Part shown: positions 19,239 to 30,245 of the stretch, one piece after another
Layout of the letters: each line of letters begins with the position of its first letter
Numbering within the stretch: the first letter of the stretch is position 1
Source of the DNA: Nitrosopumilus sp.
GTDB taxonomy: Archaea > Thermoproteota > Nitrososphaeria > Nitrososphaerales > Nitrosopumilaceae
DNA: 64,000 nt
Assembly: GCA_965214775.1 (NCBI GenBank)
Contig: OZ243974.1
Coordinates: forward strand, 2,432,001-2,496,000
Direction of reading: 5' to 3'
The notes under the pieces: model-generated
What the model was told of the DNA's origin: nothing
Database searches by the model: none
Seen by the model: the letters and a program-made list of their open reading frames with translations, nothing else
Program-made: the position numbers and the translations under genes

Positions 19239-19928
19239 ATGAATATGCAAGAACACACACAAGTACTTGAAAAGGCAAAAGATGCAATCAGATTTGCACA
19301 AGAGCTGCCTCCCAGTCCAGTCTATGATCTGAAGAATCTGGGAAACACCGTCAGCGTCTCAGCTAGGACCGTAAAAAGAAGACTGATCCGTCTAGAAGAG
19401 TTGGGACTGGCAGATTATAATCGCGGAAAGTTTACAATAAAAAGAGAGGTGATTTCTCAGCCATACACCGTCTTGCAAAACATCATCCCCTCGCTTATGT
19501 CACTCAAAAAAGCCAGAAGGTTTGGACGGCATTACAAACCAACTGATGTCAGCTTTATGAAAAAACATCTGCCAAAAGGCTCAATCATAACACTTGATCA
19601 CAAGGCCCATGAGCTAACAAAGTTTCAGACCCCGCTTAACTTGTATGTCTATGTTGATAATGTGGAAAAGATCTCCAAGTTTTTGAAGAGTCACAGGTTT
19701 CGTGAAGGAAAAAGGGGAAGTGTTGTACTTCTTCCAAAGATTGGCTCTTTTGAAAATCACGTTGAGAGGATCTTTCTTGATTGTGTGGCAAACGGTGGCC
19801 GAAGCTTTCTGGATGCTGCTGCCATCGTGCTAACACACAAGGACATGATAAAAACCAGGGTTCGGTTTGCAGCAGATACAATGCTAAAGGTGCAGGAGGA
19901 CTTGCAAGCAGATGAAACCACTCATTAG
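19239..19928 (+). CDS. wHTH-containing protein, putative AbiEi-like antitoxin/regulator
   Basis: SVSARTVKRRLIRLEELGL wHTH; ERIFLDC in the C-terminal part; overlaps a downstream nucleotidyltransferase gene. Confidence 0.6.
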   Translation: MNMQEHTQVLEKAKDAIRFAQELPPSPVYDLKNLGNTVSVSARTVKRRLIRLEELGLADYNRGKFTIKREVISQPYTVLQNIIPSLMSLKKARRFGRHYKPTDVSFMKKHLPKGSIITLDHKAHELTKFQTPLNLYVYVDNVEKISKFLKSHRFREGKRGSVVLLPKIGSFENHVERIFLDCVANGGRSFLDAAAIVLTHKDMIKTRVRFAADTMLKVQEDLQADETTH

Positions 19929-20422
19929 AGAAGCCGTATCCATTTCTCAGGACTTTGGAACCGCCACATTTATCGGGGCAATTGCAGTAATGCTGCATAC
20001 TGACGAACAACGGCAGTCCCAGTATCTGGACTTTGTTGTTGCCGAGCAAATAACAACTGACGAGTTTTTGGCCAAGGGATACAAAATTGATCAGCAGAGA
20101 CAAAAAAATCACACCGAGAGGATACAAGATTGACGTGTATCATGAGCGGAACCTAAATGGCATTCCACTTGGTTACATCGTAAAGACAGCAGCGACAATT
20201 GTAGTAGACATGAAGAAGGGAACCACAGTCAATGCCATCTCCTTGGAGGGATTGATTGTTGCAAAGTTTAGGGCAGGACGTGACCAAGATATTGAGGATC
20301 TGCAGAGGCTGGCAGTTCGTTGCGGGCCAAAAATCGACTGGAGCAAGGTCAAAGAACTTGCAAAATCCGATACGGAGTACTCTGGAATAGAGCAGGCAAT
20401 CCGTCTTTACATTACTCGGTGA
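19912..20422 (+). pseudogene. Nucleotidyltransferase (AbiEii/DUF6036-like), frameshifted
   Basis: FIGAIAV...LDF in ORF 19912-20133, continuing LEGLIVAKFRAGRDQDIEDL in another frame; shift near the A-run at ~20100. Confidence 0.65.
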
Positions 20423-20508
20423 CGTGCCTGAAACTGACTCTGGTTTACCCACATCTGGTTCAGACCATTCAAAAGATAACTAGTAAAGAAATATTGTAAA
20501 ACTGTGGA

Positions 20509-21489
20509 TTGATCTGTGAATGCCCGGATCACCAGAACCGAAAGGCAGACTGCAAGCACATCAAGGTCATACTGGAGCTTGTCAGAAGGAACGTGTTCGG
20601 ACACGAGGGGTTCGGGATGATGGAAAGGTCGAAACTCGGGCTGTGCAAGTTCTGCAATTCGGGCAATATCGTAAAGGCAGGTATGAAAAAGAACAAAGCC
20701 AAAACTATGCAGATGTTCAAATGTCAAGACTGCAAGAAGCGATTTACTGCAAACTTTGGATTCGAGAAAAAGCAGTATGACGACAGGATCATTACCGGAG
20801 CCCTGCAGATGTACTATACCAGAATGTCTGTCGGGGACATCGCGGATCACTATGAGATGATGGGAACCGACGTGTCATTTAAGGCCACATACAATTGCAT
20901 TGACGAATATTTCAGACTTGCGGCCGGATACCTCAGCGGCATAGTCCCAAGGGTCGGCTCATGGTTCCGGGCTGATGAGGTGTGGGTCAAAATAAACGGC
21001 AGGCAGTGCTGCCTTTTTGCCTCGATGGATGACGATACCCGGTACTGGCTGGCCTCGGATCTGGCAACAACCAAGTTCCAACACAATGCCGATTCCCTCT
21101 TGGACATGACCAAGAGGCAGGCAGGAAAGAATCCTAGGAATTTCATCACAGACGGGCTTCCAGCCTATGCCAAGTCCTCAAGGAAGGTATTTGGAAAGGG
21201 CACAAACCACGTAAAGCACATTCACCTGGCAGGCAAGCGTGACCGTGACAATAACAACAAGATGGAGAGGCTCAACGGCGAGATTAGAGACCGTGAGAAG
21301 GTGTTCAGGGGCCTCAAAAAGACAGACACTGCAATTCTTGACGGAATGAGGGTCTATTACAATTTCACAAAAAAGCACGGCGCACTGAGCGGCCAGACCC
21401 CGGCAGAATCGGCCCTGATAAACGTGGACGGTACAAACAAGTGGAAGACGATCATTCAAAATGCCTCACTAAGCAAGAGCTATGTTTAG
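20509..21489 (+). mobile_element. IS6-family transposase with SWIM/Zn-ribbon N-terminus (5' truncated)
   Basis: CECPD...CKHI, CKFC/CQDC, ADEVWVK, ITDGL, NNKMERLN; GGTTCTGT-type end near 21553. Confidence 0.85.
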
Positions 21490-21827
21490 GCACAAATTCC
21501 AATCTGGAGAAGATCGTGATTTCATGCCTATATCACCAAGAGTACACAGAACCCTAGGAATCTAGGAAGTATTTGCTTGCCAGCATAAATAGGATCTGAA
21601 GTTGTACACTTTTTCTATGTTGTTCATTATTCGTGAACTGTCTGCAGAATCCTATTTCCGCGTTATGTAAGGAACAGCCTAAAATCATCCCGCATGTGCA
21701 TATCAGAACATATGCCAGACCAAACCATGATCAAAAAAATTAAACTGCAGACTTCCCATCGGTTTTAAACAAGGCATCTCCGGCTCAAAGACGCACAGGC
21801 ATGCCTTTTCAGATCCCCCCGCAAGTT

Positions 21828-22502
21828 CTAAATGAAAACGTCTGATCTTTTCTCAGCAATCTGCCGTTTCAGATTGTCTGGAACATCGGGAATCGTAGAC
21901 TTTGTCTTGCCTGCAATTACGTTGTGCGCCTCTTCCAGTATTGCAAGCGTGTCTGCATTGGTCTCTGTTCTGATGTCAAAGGAGTTGGGGGCTTCTGCTC
22001 CTACCGATGATCCTGACATCACGTCTCCTAGCACCTGTGAGAGGTCCTGCATTGACGCGTTTGCCTCAGGCATAATCCCGCTTAATGACGGAGTCAGCCC
22101 TTTGATGATTGACATGCACGGGCTAAGCGTCACTACTACGTCTCCAAGCTCCGAGACCGTGTCTAGCCTCAGCTTGATCTGTTCCATGGACAGCCTTGCC
22201 CCGCTGATCATGTTCTTCATTTTTCTTACCTGGGCCAATTCGCCGGCATAGGCTTGGGCATAGCCGTTTTTGTTGTTTCTTTGGGCATTTACTATTTTTT
22301 CAAAAATCACGTCATGTTTTTTGCGCAGTTTTTCATCAATTCCTTCCAGTTTTGATATCTGAAACTGTAGTTTTTTTTGCGCAAAATCAATCCTGTTTTT
22401 CAGGGGCTCGTCAGGCTTTACCCTGTCCATGACTTTCTGGGAGATGCTTTTTCCCCCGCCTGTGCCTGTCCAAGAACTGCTCAACATGCCTGAATTACCC
22501 AT
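21828..22502 (-). CDS. cdvB: ESCRT-III / Snf7-family cell division protein (CdvB-like)
   Basis: AQAYAGELAQVRKM, MEQIKLRLDTVSELGDVVVTLSP motifs; paralog identity uncertain. Confidence 0.85.
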   Translation of the reverse strand: MGNSGMLSSSWTGTGGGKSISQKVMDRVKPDEPLKNRIDFAQKKLQFQISKLEGIDEKLRKKHDVIFEKIVNAQRNNKNGYAQAYAGELAQVRKMKNMISGARLSMEQIKLRLDTVSELGDVVVTLSPCMSIIKGLTPSLSGIMPEANASMQDLSQVLGDVMSGSSVGAEAPNSFDIRTETNADTLAILEEAHNVIAGKTKSTIPDVPDNLKRQIAEKRSDVFI

Positions 22503-22699
22503 TCTGGTTCCAAATCTTTCTTTTAAAGAGATTTGTAACTGCGGCAAGTGTCACCGGAGTGACATGTGACTGCAGTTACATATCATCATCATCATCATCA
22601 TGTAAGAGTTTACCCCTCCTCCGCATAATTTAGATTGAACACAAGGCCAATTTTTGATCACCATCTGGATCCATATGCGTCTAGACCACACCTGTATTC

Positions 22700-23161
22700 A
22701 TGCCTGATTTAGAGACCAAGATATTGCGCGACGAGCTGGCCCGCACCATAGCCGAATTAGGCAGGAAGGATAGGATCATCGCAGACAAGGATCTTACAAT
22801 AGTCGGGCTTACCGAACAGCTGGCCGAGGTCACGGCAGGAAAGACGATGCTGACAGCAGGAAAGACGATGCTGACAGCAGGAAACCAGCAGTTCAAACAG
22901 CACATCAAATACTACGAAAACCCGCACACCCCCTCATCGCAGAACTCGATTCCGACCAGGCAGAAAAAGACTGCTGCTGCAAAGGCATCAGGCAACGTAC
23001 CGGCATCTGCAAAGGCAAAGCCGGGCCGCAGGCAAGGACACAAGGGAGTATCACACAAGAAGATGCCGACTGAATTTGTAAAGGATGAACCCGTATTTCT
23101 GAAGCGTTTCACTGCCGCTTATCGCTATGCCATTTATTATAAGCAGGACGCGGTCCTGTGA
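22700..23161 (+). pseudogene. Truncated IS66 transposase (5' part)
   Basis: Coiled coil plus YYENPHTPSS...KPGRRQGHKG, homologous to 57621-58550. Confidence 0.85.
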
Positions 23162-23238
23162 TTTTATGTCCAATGGTATGGTAGTGTAAAATTCATTTTT
23201 AATGCCGGAAATGAATGCGTTCTTGCCAAAGCCGGTGA

Positions 23239-23977
23239 TCATGCCTGCTTCTCATCCGGCATGCCCCCGAGAAACCTCTCCATCTCCCTGCGCATCGACC
23301 CGGGTGATGCCTTGTTGATTCTCAGGTGACCTGCCCACCGGCGTCCGGGGTACAGTGTATCCCACCTGCTGCGCAAGCCGTGCCTGCGGCCTACCCCAGG
23401 ATCGTGGTTCCCAAAGCCGTCCAGGCACATGTTCCATACCGGCCTGTAGTGATCTAGCATGAATCTCTCCGACTGGGTGATCCATACCGGTACGACTGCC
23501 ATGTGCCTACATGTAAAGTCGGCAACATCAAGGCCACCTGAGAGTTGATTCGAAATTAACAAACTCTGATTATTTGTCAACGAATTTGTATAGAACGGCT
23601 CAAAACACCAACAAAATACAAACTATCTGTGCAATTACATGAAAAATTCACATTGTTTCTAATTTCGGATCATCTCTCTGCGGCCTCTATGGACTTGCGG
23701 TGTTCTGACAGCCTTCTCTGCAGCGTCCCTGCCGCATCCTGCCTTGTAGGACCGGCTCCCTTGCGCGTGCCCTGCGGGCCGCCTTGCCGGTGTATATCGG
23801 CCTGCCGCCCAGCTTCCCGTACTCTGAGTCCCCGCCGGAATAGTACAGTGCGTATATTCCGGATCCGTAGACCTTTCTGATGCCTCCAAGCGGAACCTTT
23901 GGTCTCCTCTCAAAGTTGTATACGAGTCCTGCCATGAGGTTCTCGTACGTGAGCGGATCGTATTCCCGTGATCTCAC
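23239..23977 (-). pseudogene. Eco29kI-family GIY-YIG restriction endonuclease, disrupted
   Basis: GIYALYYSG...PIYTGKA and YRPVWN..LDGFGNHDPG.GR...SRWDTLYPGR.WA; split by a MITE and a frameshift. Confidence 0.85.
23541..23677. mobile_element. MITE family B (derivative of the IS5-like element at 39061)
   Basis: TIR AGAGTTGATTCGAAATTA / TAATTTCGGATCATCTCT, TSD CTG. Confidence 0.85.
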
Positions 23978-25296
23978 GTCTTTCTCATCTCCACTACCGA
24001 CTCGTACAGCCTCCCGCTGCCTGCTGTCGCCCTGACCGAGGAGCCCACTATGCTGCTTCCCGTCCTGACATGGCGCGGCGTGTGGATTCCTACCGTCTCC
24101 ATTCCGGCATCCTCTGATATTGACGCTAGGAACCTATCCGTTGGGACGTCGACCCCCTGCAGTATGCTGTTGCCTATGACTATGATCGCCGTGCCGCCCC
24201 TCCTGAGACACCGTCTGGCCGCCCTGGCAAACCTCAGGCAGTCGTTAAGGTACAGCGCGGCATAGTTTGCCCATCCACGGCCCCCGTATGCGCCGCGATC
24301 CGGGTGTTTAGACCTTATTCTTTCAAGCGTGTCTAGTATGTCCGGATCGCTGATGGACGCGTCTAGGTTCACCACGTCCATGTACCTAGCATTCTGCCAA
24401 TAGGTCCCAAAGTTCATCGCATCCGTCCGCTTTATCTCTGATGTCGAGGCGCACAGCCCCAGCCAGTACATGTGCGGCCTGGTATTTCGGACATAGTGGT
24501 AGTTGTTGAGGTACGGCGGGGATGTGACGATGAGATCCACGCTGCCGTCTCCTATGGCCCCGCCCCCCTCCAGAAACGACTCTTCTGAGACGGTTCCGGG
24601 CCCGCGCCGGCTGCGGCCGCCTGCACGCGATGCTGCATACCAGTCCATGTCATCTGCCATGAGATTTACCTTGGATGCCACGGCGCCTGCAACGTCAAAG
24701 TCGGCCACCTCCGGGCGCCCGGCTGCCGCCCTGCGCCCCAGGCTGGGCTCGTATGAATAGTTTGAAAACCCCACCATCAGGGAGGCAAAGGCCAACCTAA
24801 ACGCGTCGGCCACCTGTTGTTGCCCCTGCTGCATTCCTATAAAGTCCATCACCTGCAGCGCCTTTCTTTCCACCGGCGGGCTATAAAACGGCGACTTTGT
24901 CCTGAATCCCTCCGGCGGCCGCGACGCGGGCTCGCCTGCCGAGCCCATAAAGCGTACAAATTCTGCGGCCGTCCTGCGCAGCAGATCAGTATCCGTCATG
25001 TATGATTTGAGCTTGACTGCAGAGACTAGTCGCGCGTACGGGTTGATCTCAAATCCTGCCGTCTGGCATCCTGCAAGGTCGGCCTCCACCAGCGTCGTGC
25101 CCACCCCTGCAAAGGGGTCAAGTACGGTATCGGCATCCCCTGCAAACCTGGAGATTGCATCTGCTGCAAAGTGCTTGGAGAATCCTGCCACCCATCCGGT
25201 CCAGCGATGCACCGGCTCGTCCCTGTTGGCGGCAAAGGCGGGATCGCAGAATCCTGCAGTACCGTGCACCTGTCCTGCCGCAAGCCTGGCCCCCAT
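23974..25296 (-). CDS. DNA methyltransferase (alpha class, probably m4C), partner of the Eco29kI-like endonuclease
   Basis: LDPFAGVGTT (motif I) precedes VTSPPY (motif IV); overlaps the endonuclease start. Confidence 0.88.
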   Translation of the reverse strand: MGARLAAGQVHGTAGFCDPAFAANRDEPVHRWTGWVAGFSKHFAADAISRFAGDADTVLDPFAGVGTTLVEADLAGCQTAGFEINPYARLVSAVKLKSYMTDTDLLRRTAAEFVRFMGSAGEPASRPPEGFRTKSPFYSPPVERKALQVMDFIGMQQGQQQVADAFRLAFASLMVGFSNYSYEPSLGRRAAAGRPEVADFDVAGAVASKVNLMADDMDWYAASRAGGRSRRGPGTVSEESFLEGGGAIGDGSVDLIVTSPPYLNNYHYVRNTRPHMYWLGLCASTSEIKRTDAMNFGTYWQNARYMDVVNLDASISDPDILDTLERIRSKHPDRGAYGGRGWANYAALYLNDCLRFARAARRCLRRGGTAIIVIGNSILQGVDVPTDRFLASISEDAGMETVGIHTPRHVRTGSSIVGSSVRATAGSGRLYESVVEMRKT

Positions 25297-25340
25297 GCCA
25301 TGTACTGGCGCGCTGTGCTTAAAATCCTTTCAGTGGAATG

Positions 25341-26539
25341 GGGGTTGTCCAAAAAATTTCCAAGAGGCTGCAATAATCTGCCAGTCTGCCCCCGTATGTA
25401 TGTAAATTCAGATGCAGAACGGGACATTTTCGGCCGGCCATGCGCAAAAGGCAACGTAAATATCCATGCGGGCCATACCTTACGGTAGTGCTGCGGTTCA
25501 ACAACAGTACGGAATTATGATAAAAAATTATACCGTAAGGTTGTAGCACAACACGCGAGCGAACAGCTCGACTGTAATGGTTCCGTCCAGCTTTGAGCGC
25601 AGGACGGATCCAGTCCTTTCCTTCATTGCCGAGAACAGGGCCTCTACCTGGCTCCTCATGTGATAGGCGCGCCAGAACTCGTCTGGCCTGTCACGCAGCC
25701 ACTGCAGCATCTTGGCCCGGGCACTGAACCCGCGGGGCTTTTCGTTTCCCTTTGCCGGCTTTATGGCAGGTCCGCGGCCGCTTTTTGCAATCAGCTCGCA
25801 GTTTTTGTACGAATCGTATGCCGAATCCAGCGCCACTATGCCGTATCCTCCCTTTGGAATGCGGGAAAACATGCGGGCAAACTCCGGCGAGTCGGACGAT
25901 GTGCCAGGCGTGGCCTCAAATGACAGTATCCTGCCTCCTACTGCGCCTACTATGTGCAGCTTTGCAAAGTCGTGTCCTGTCATCTCCCCGTACTTGGCAT
26001 GATGCCAGCTCTTGTACTTGCGGAGGCCAAACCCCGTCGAGTCGCCGTGCAGGTCCGCTATGCGCTCGCCGTCTGACATGGCCAGCACGACCTCGTCCAT
26101 AAAGTCCTTGCCCATTTCCCAGAGCATCTTCACCCTGTTGTGCAGGGTGGACTTGGAGAGTGTGTGGTCTAGGCCGCACCTCCTGAGATCGTCCGGATTT
26201 GTCTCCAGATGCGTGGCCATGATCCTGTAGGACAGGTGGTTCTCGATCCTGAGGATCGCAATGCGTATGGCAGACCATGCAAGTTTGGCATCGATTCCCG
26301 TCTTGGCTGCCATCTTCTTGGCCACCCTGCGCACGATCTTTCCCAGGTTCTTCCTTGCCCTCTTCTTGCGTGGGCTCTCCTGCCTGCGCTTTTGCTCGTA
26401 GAGTCGGTAGTATTCTGTGTTCTTTCTGTTGTTACTCATTGAAATAGCTAGGATCGGCTGATCAAAATTGTTTTCGGCGTATTACGCCCATGATCTATAA
26501 GCTTAGCGGTCATTTTGAGGAAATTTTTTGGACAACCCC
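25341..26539 (-). mobile_element. IS5-family element (transposase 25528-26439)
   Basis: TIR GGGGTTGTCCAAAAAATTTC, 9-bp TSD agtggaatg; DSTG, KLH, LDSAYD, YHMRSQVE motifs. Confidence 0.9.
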
Positions 26540-26750
26540 AGTGGAATGACTGCAATGTAGCCCGTTGTTTCATGCAATGTGTGACTGCGGCATCCAATGC
26601 CTTGTTGATTGGGATTCAAGGATGGAATTCAGTGTGTGATGCCGTGCCCCCGGCACTGCCTGGCGGGGATCCTGCGAGCCGTTCCCCGCTTAAATGTAAA
26701 GGCGCATCATGTCTGCATTGTACCTTGGAAGGCTTGCCGCAATGGCTCGC

Positions 26751-26841
26751 GTAAGAGTTTACCCCTCAGGCGACACTGCTGGCCGGGGCCTTCATGGTCA
26801 CTCCTGTCACGTCGTATCTTGAGAGAGGGGTAAACTCTTAC
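26751..26841. mobile_element. 91-bp IS66-derived MITE
   Basis: Both ends GTAAGAGTTTACCCCTC; left part matches the IS66 end at 40704. Confidence 0.85.
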
Positions 26842-26852
26842 CATCATCATCA

Positions 26853-27989
26853 TCATCCAAACGTATATGTGAATATCTGAAAGCCCTTTCCTGCAACGCT
26901 GATCTCCAGTTCGTGTGTGGAGCTTTTGTCGCTGCTAATTATGTTGTAGAGGTTTGGCTCAGAGACCAAAAGCATGCTTGATGGTGATGGTAGATCCGAA
27001 CCCGCGTATCTGGCCGGAACCGGTTCCCCGTCAAGCAGAACCGTCAAGCTTGCATCCCCGCTAGTCACGATGTTTACCTCTTTTGCGTTATACAGCAGCC
27101 TGATTGACCCTGTTTCTGAAATCAGTTCCATGCTCTCGCCGTGATTCTTCCATTCTCCCACAGGATAAAAGTTATGCAGGCTGATTTTGTCAGGTTCAGA
27201 GTATGACACGGTTTTTCCCGGCCGGAACCCCTCCTCGCTTCCCAACTGGTTTCTATTTTGTGCAAACTTGTAGCCAAAGTACAACTCTGGGGTTCTAAAC
27301 AGCGAGTGCTCAAACTCCTCGATGCTGACTAGCGATGATGCAGACGATGATGCGTCCTGAATCCCCATCGCGTCTGCCCTTTCTTTTAGCAGCTGCTGAA
27401 TCACCTTCTCGGTTTCTTGATATGCCCCCTCCCCGATGTGATCATATCTTATATATCCCTCATGATCTGCAATGTACTTTCTTGGCCAGTACCTGTTTTC
27501 AAATGCCTTCCAAGTTTCCATGTCGTTGTCCATGACTACGGGATATCTGATTCCGTGCTTGTCAATTGACATTTGAACATTGTCCGGATCCTTTTCGAAC
27601 TCAAATTCCGGAGAATGTATCCCGACGATCAACAAACCTTGATCAGAGTACTTGTCATCCCATGCCGTAATGTATGGCAAGGTCCTTATGCAGTTGATGC
27701 AGCTGTATGTCCAAATGTCATACAGCACGACTTTGCCCTTGATCTCTTCTTCTAGTTGTTCAGGCGTGGTGTTCAGATGATGTGCGATTCCGACAATGTC
27801 TGGCGCCGTCTTGAACCAGGACTTGTCAATTTTGCTGACAGCCTCCCCGCCTGTCGTTATGACGCCTGGCCGGACTGTCTTGCCGTCATCATCCAATGTC
27901 GAAAAAACAGCGCCCATTATTCCTACTGCCGCTGCAATTGCAATCCCCAAAACCAATGCCGTCTTAAACTCGCTTTTCATAGATATCAT
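26853..27989 (-). CDS. Membrane-anchored thioredoxin-like redoxin (DipZ C-terminal-like)
   Basis: N-terminal TM, WTYSCINC, GIHSPEF, NRYWP, TPELY motifs. Confidence 0.9.
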   Translation of the reverse strand: MISMKSEFKTALVLGIAIAAAVGIMGAVFSTLDDDGKTVRPGVITTGGEAVSKIDKSWFKTAPDIVGIAHHLNTTPEQLEEEIKGKVVLYDIWTYSCINCIRTLPYITAWDDKYSDQGLLIVGIHSPEFEFEKDPDNVQMSIDKHGIRYPVVMDNDMETWKAFENRYWPRKYIADHEGYIRYDHIGEGAYQETEKVIQQLLKERADAMGIQDASSSASSLVSIEEFEHSLFRTPELYFGYKFAQNRNQLGSEEGFRPGKTVSYSEPDKISLHNFYPVGEWKNHGESMELISETGSIRLLYNAKEVNIVTSGDASLTVLLDGEPVPARYAGSDLPSPSSMLLVSEPNLYNIISSDKSSTHELEISVAGKGFQIFTYTFG

Positions 27990-28720
27990 CCTAATAGCAG
28001 TAATTCGTTGAGAAGAGGAAAGTTTGCAATGTATGCCAGCTGGTTTGTAAATACCAGGACTCCCAAGACCACGATGAATCCTCCCAGAATCACGTTATAG
28101 TATTTCAGATGCCTGCTCATTGAGCGAATAAGCCTGTTTGCCCTTGAATAAAATATCCCCATGACAATGAATGGAATCCCAAGCCCCAACGAATAAACCA
28201 GCAGCAGGTTGAATGCGACTGACGGCGTGGTCGCAGCCAAAGTCAGAATGGTTCCAAGTATGGGCCCCACACACGGGGTCCATCCTGCAGCAAATGCCAA
28301 TCCGAAGACAAACGACATCGGATAGCTGGCCTTTGATCTCCTTGGGGAGAATTTTTTCTCAATGTTCAGCCTGCCAATCCTTGTTGACAGGAGCAGGAAT
28401 GCCCCAAACCCGACAATGATGACTCCCCCTACCTGGTTGAATCCCTCGATGAACTCTCCTGATGATGTCGATAAAACGCTGTTAATGATAACGCCAAAAG
28501 TGGAAAACACCACGGAAAACCCCAGAACAAAAAATACCGAGTTTAAGATTATGCTAGAACGGTTGATTGAAACTGTTTTTGAGCCGTCCCGCTGGTTTAG
28601 TTCTGACAGGGTAGTCCCTGAAATGTATGCCAGAAATGCCGGGATCATGGGAAGTATGCACGGAGCTGCAAATGATCCAAGTCCTGCAAGCGCCGCTATG
28701 CCCAGTGTTATTTCTGACAC
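27986..28720 (-). CDS. ccdA: Cytochrome c biogenesis / thiol-disulfide transporter CcdA
   Basis: SFAAPCILP and GWTPCVGPILG motifs; six TM segments. Confidence 0.92.
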   Translation of the reverse strand: MSEITLGIAALAGLGSFAAPCILPMIPAFLAYISGTTLSELNQRDGSKTVSINRSSIILNSVFFVLGFSVVFSTFGVIINSVLSTSSGEFIEGFNQVGGVIIVGFGAFLLLSTRIGRLNIEKKFSPRRSKASYPMSFVFGLAFAAGWTPCVGPILGTILTLAATTPSVAFNLLLVYSLGLGIPFIVMGIFYSRANRLIRSMSRHLKYYNVILGGFIVVLGVLVFTNQLAYIANFPLLNELLLLG

Positions 28721-28833
28721 ACATTAAAACCGTGTTTTTTGCTTTAAAGCATTATTCCATATCTTTCCCCAATCACAGCAGCCAAGTAAAGTACCACAGA
28801 TCTGACATTATGGTGAGGGTTTGGGCTCCCCAG

Positions 28834-28970
28834 AGAGATGATCCGAAATTAGAAACCATGTAACTTTTTCAAATAATTTCACAAATGATCTGTATTTTGT
28901 TGATGTTTTGAGCCGTTCTATGCAGATTCATTCACAAATAATCAGAGTTTGCCAATTTCAAATCAACTCT
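28834..28970. mobile_element. MITE family B, second copy (inverted)
   Basis: Reverse-complement homolog of 23541-23677. Confidence 0.8.
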
Positions 28971-29100
28971 GCAGACAGATCAAGGGTACGGCAGGATCCT
29001 CACACGTGTGCCGGCTCCGTGCAGCGTCTAACATAATTGATCAAGGCCGCAGTTATTTTCAGGCGATTAACTTACATTTGGGATCTGTCCTAGTAGCGAT

Positions 29101-29448
29101 ATGGCAGAGTCCAATGTCGCGCTGATACTACAGGTGAGAAGAATGAACGAACAGCCCAAGAGGGAGACGAGGAAGCGCAGGATGGAGATCAAGCAGGGCA
29201 AGAAAAGGCTCAAAGAGGATCAAGGCGTGATGAAGCAGATTAGACGGCAGTCAGGGCCCGATCTCCAAGTGCTACTCGCACCAGTGGACGACGACGGGGC
29301 CGCGGCCAGGCGCACGATAAACATGATAAAGGAGTACAAGGTGATAACTGACCCGTACGACGGGACGGCCGAGGAATTTGACCGGGAGCTTGAGGTGATG
29401 TGCGGACTTGTCAACTTTAGACTGCTATCGGATGAGGGACAGCAATAG
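29101..29448 (+). CDS. Hypothetical protein (N-terminal coiled coil)
   Basis: 115-aa ORF; N-terminus similar to the truncated ORF at ~38798-38953. Confidence 0.45.
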   Translation: MAESNVALILQVRRMNEQPKRETRKRRMEIKQGKKRLKEDQGVMKQIRRQSGPDLQVLLAPVDDDGAAARRTINMIKEYKVITDPYDGTAEEFDRELEVMCGLVNFRLLSDEGQQ

Positions 29449-30110
29449 CCCAAGCACGGGTTCTGATACCGCGGTACGGAGCGCATTGCAGCGCTACACG
29501 GTGCCGCACGACATTGTAGTTTTTGCCAGATGGATTGATCCGTATCTGCACTGTACGCAGATTCTGCTGCCTTTGTGCACGTCATATGATGCCGTCAGCC
29601 TTGCACGCATGGCATGCCCGCCGTCGGAATGTTTTGATCCGGCCGATTACGCATAAGGTCTACTGCTGCCTAGCATCCGTTTTACAGATTCACTGGTTTG
29701 CACTTGGCAGTGCCAACGTCAAAAAATGGAATATGATTTTGAGTATGTGGTCACGTCCCCCTACCATCTAGGCACGAAAATTACAATCATGCACGCTAAT
29801 CCGTGCCTAGCTGATGGGGGTAGGTGACCTCGTACGATTTTGACACGTCGTGCCTGTTTTGACAAAAGACATTTGATTTTCAACTGCAGCACGCACTACG
29901 ACACGCCTGTGGCATGCTGCCGGCTACAAGTTCGTAAATGCCCAAATCCATCAGCATCTAGGTGAAACGTGCCAAAAAATCGGGTAAAAACAGACTGGAC
30001 AGGAGGGACAACGTCTCAATAACAACAACAATGTAAAACAGCAGCCGGTTTACATTTCACTTGTCTGCCCAAGGCAATCAATTTTTAATGGGGTTCTGCG
30101 TGTTCTGTTT

Positions 30111-30215
30111 GTGAACAAGCGCTTTCTAATCGTAGGCATAGTCTTGGGAATCATTGTGTCAATTGCCGTAATCATAGGCTCCCCTGCCCTGGGCGGCTTT
30201 GACGCTATGCGATAA
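30111..30215 (+). CDS. Small membrane peptide (34 aa)
   Basis: GTG start, NKRFLIVGIVLGIIVSIAVIIGSPALGGFDAMR; TATA-like ttttaat upstream. Confidence 0.45.
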   Translation: MNKRFLIVGIVLGIIVSIAVIIGSPALGGFDAMR

Positions 30216-30245
30216 TGGCAGCAACAGCCCTTGGCATCATCATCA

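Larger units (their letters stand above)
22602..26841. mobile_element. IS66-end-bounded composite element carrying a restriction-modification locus
   Basis: Outer TIRs GTAAGAGTTTACCCCT at 22602 and 26841 flanked by catcatcat on both sides; contains an IS66 5' fragment, R-M genes, an IS5 and a 91-bp IS66 MITE. Confidence 0.7.
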
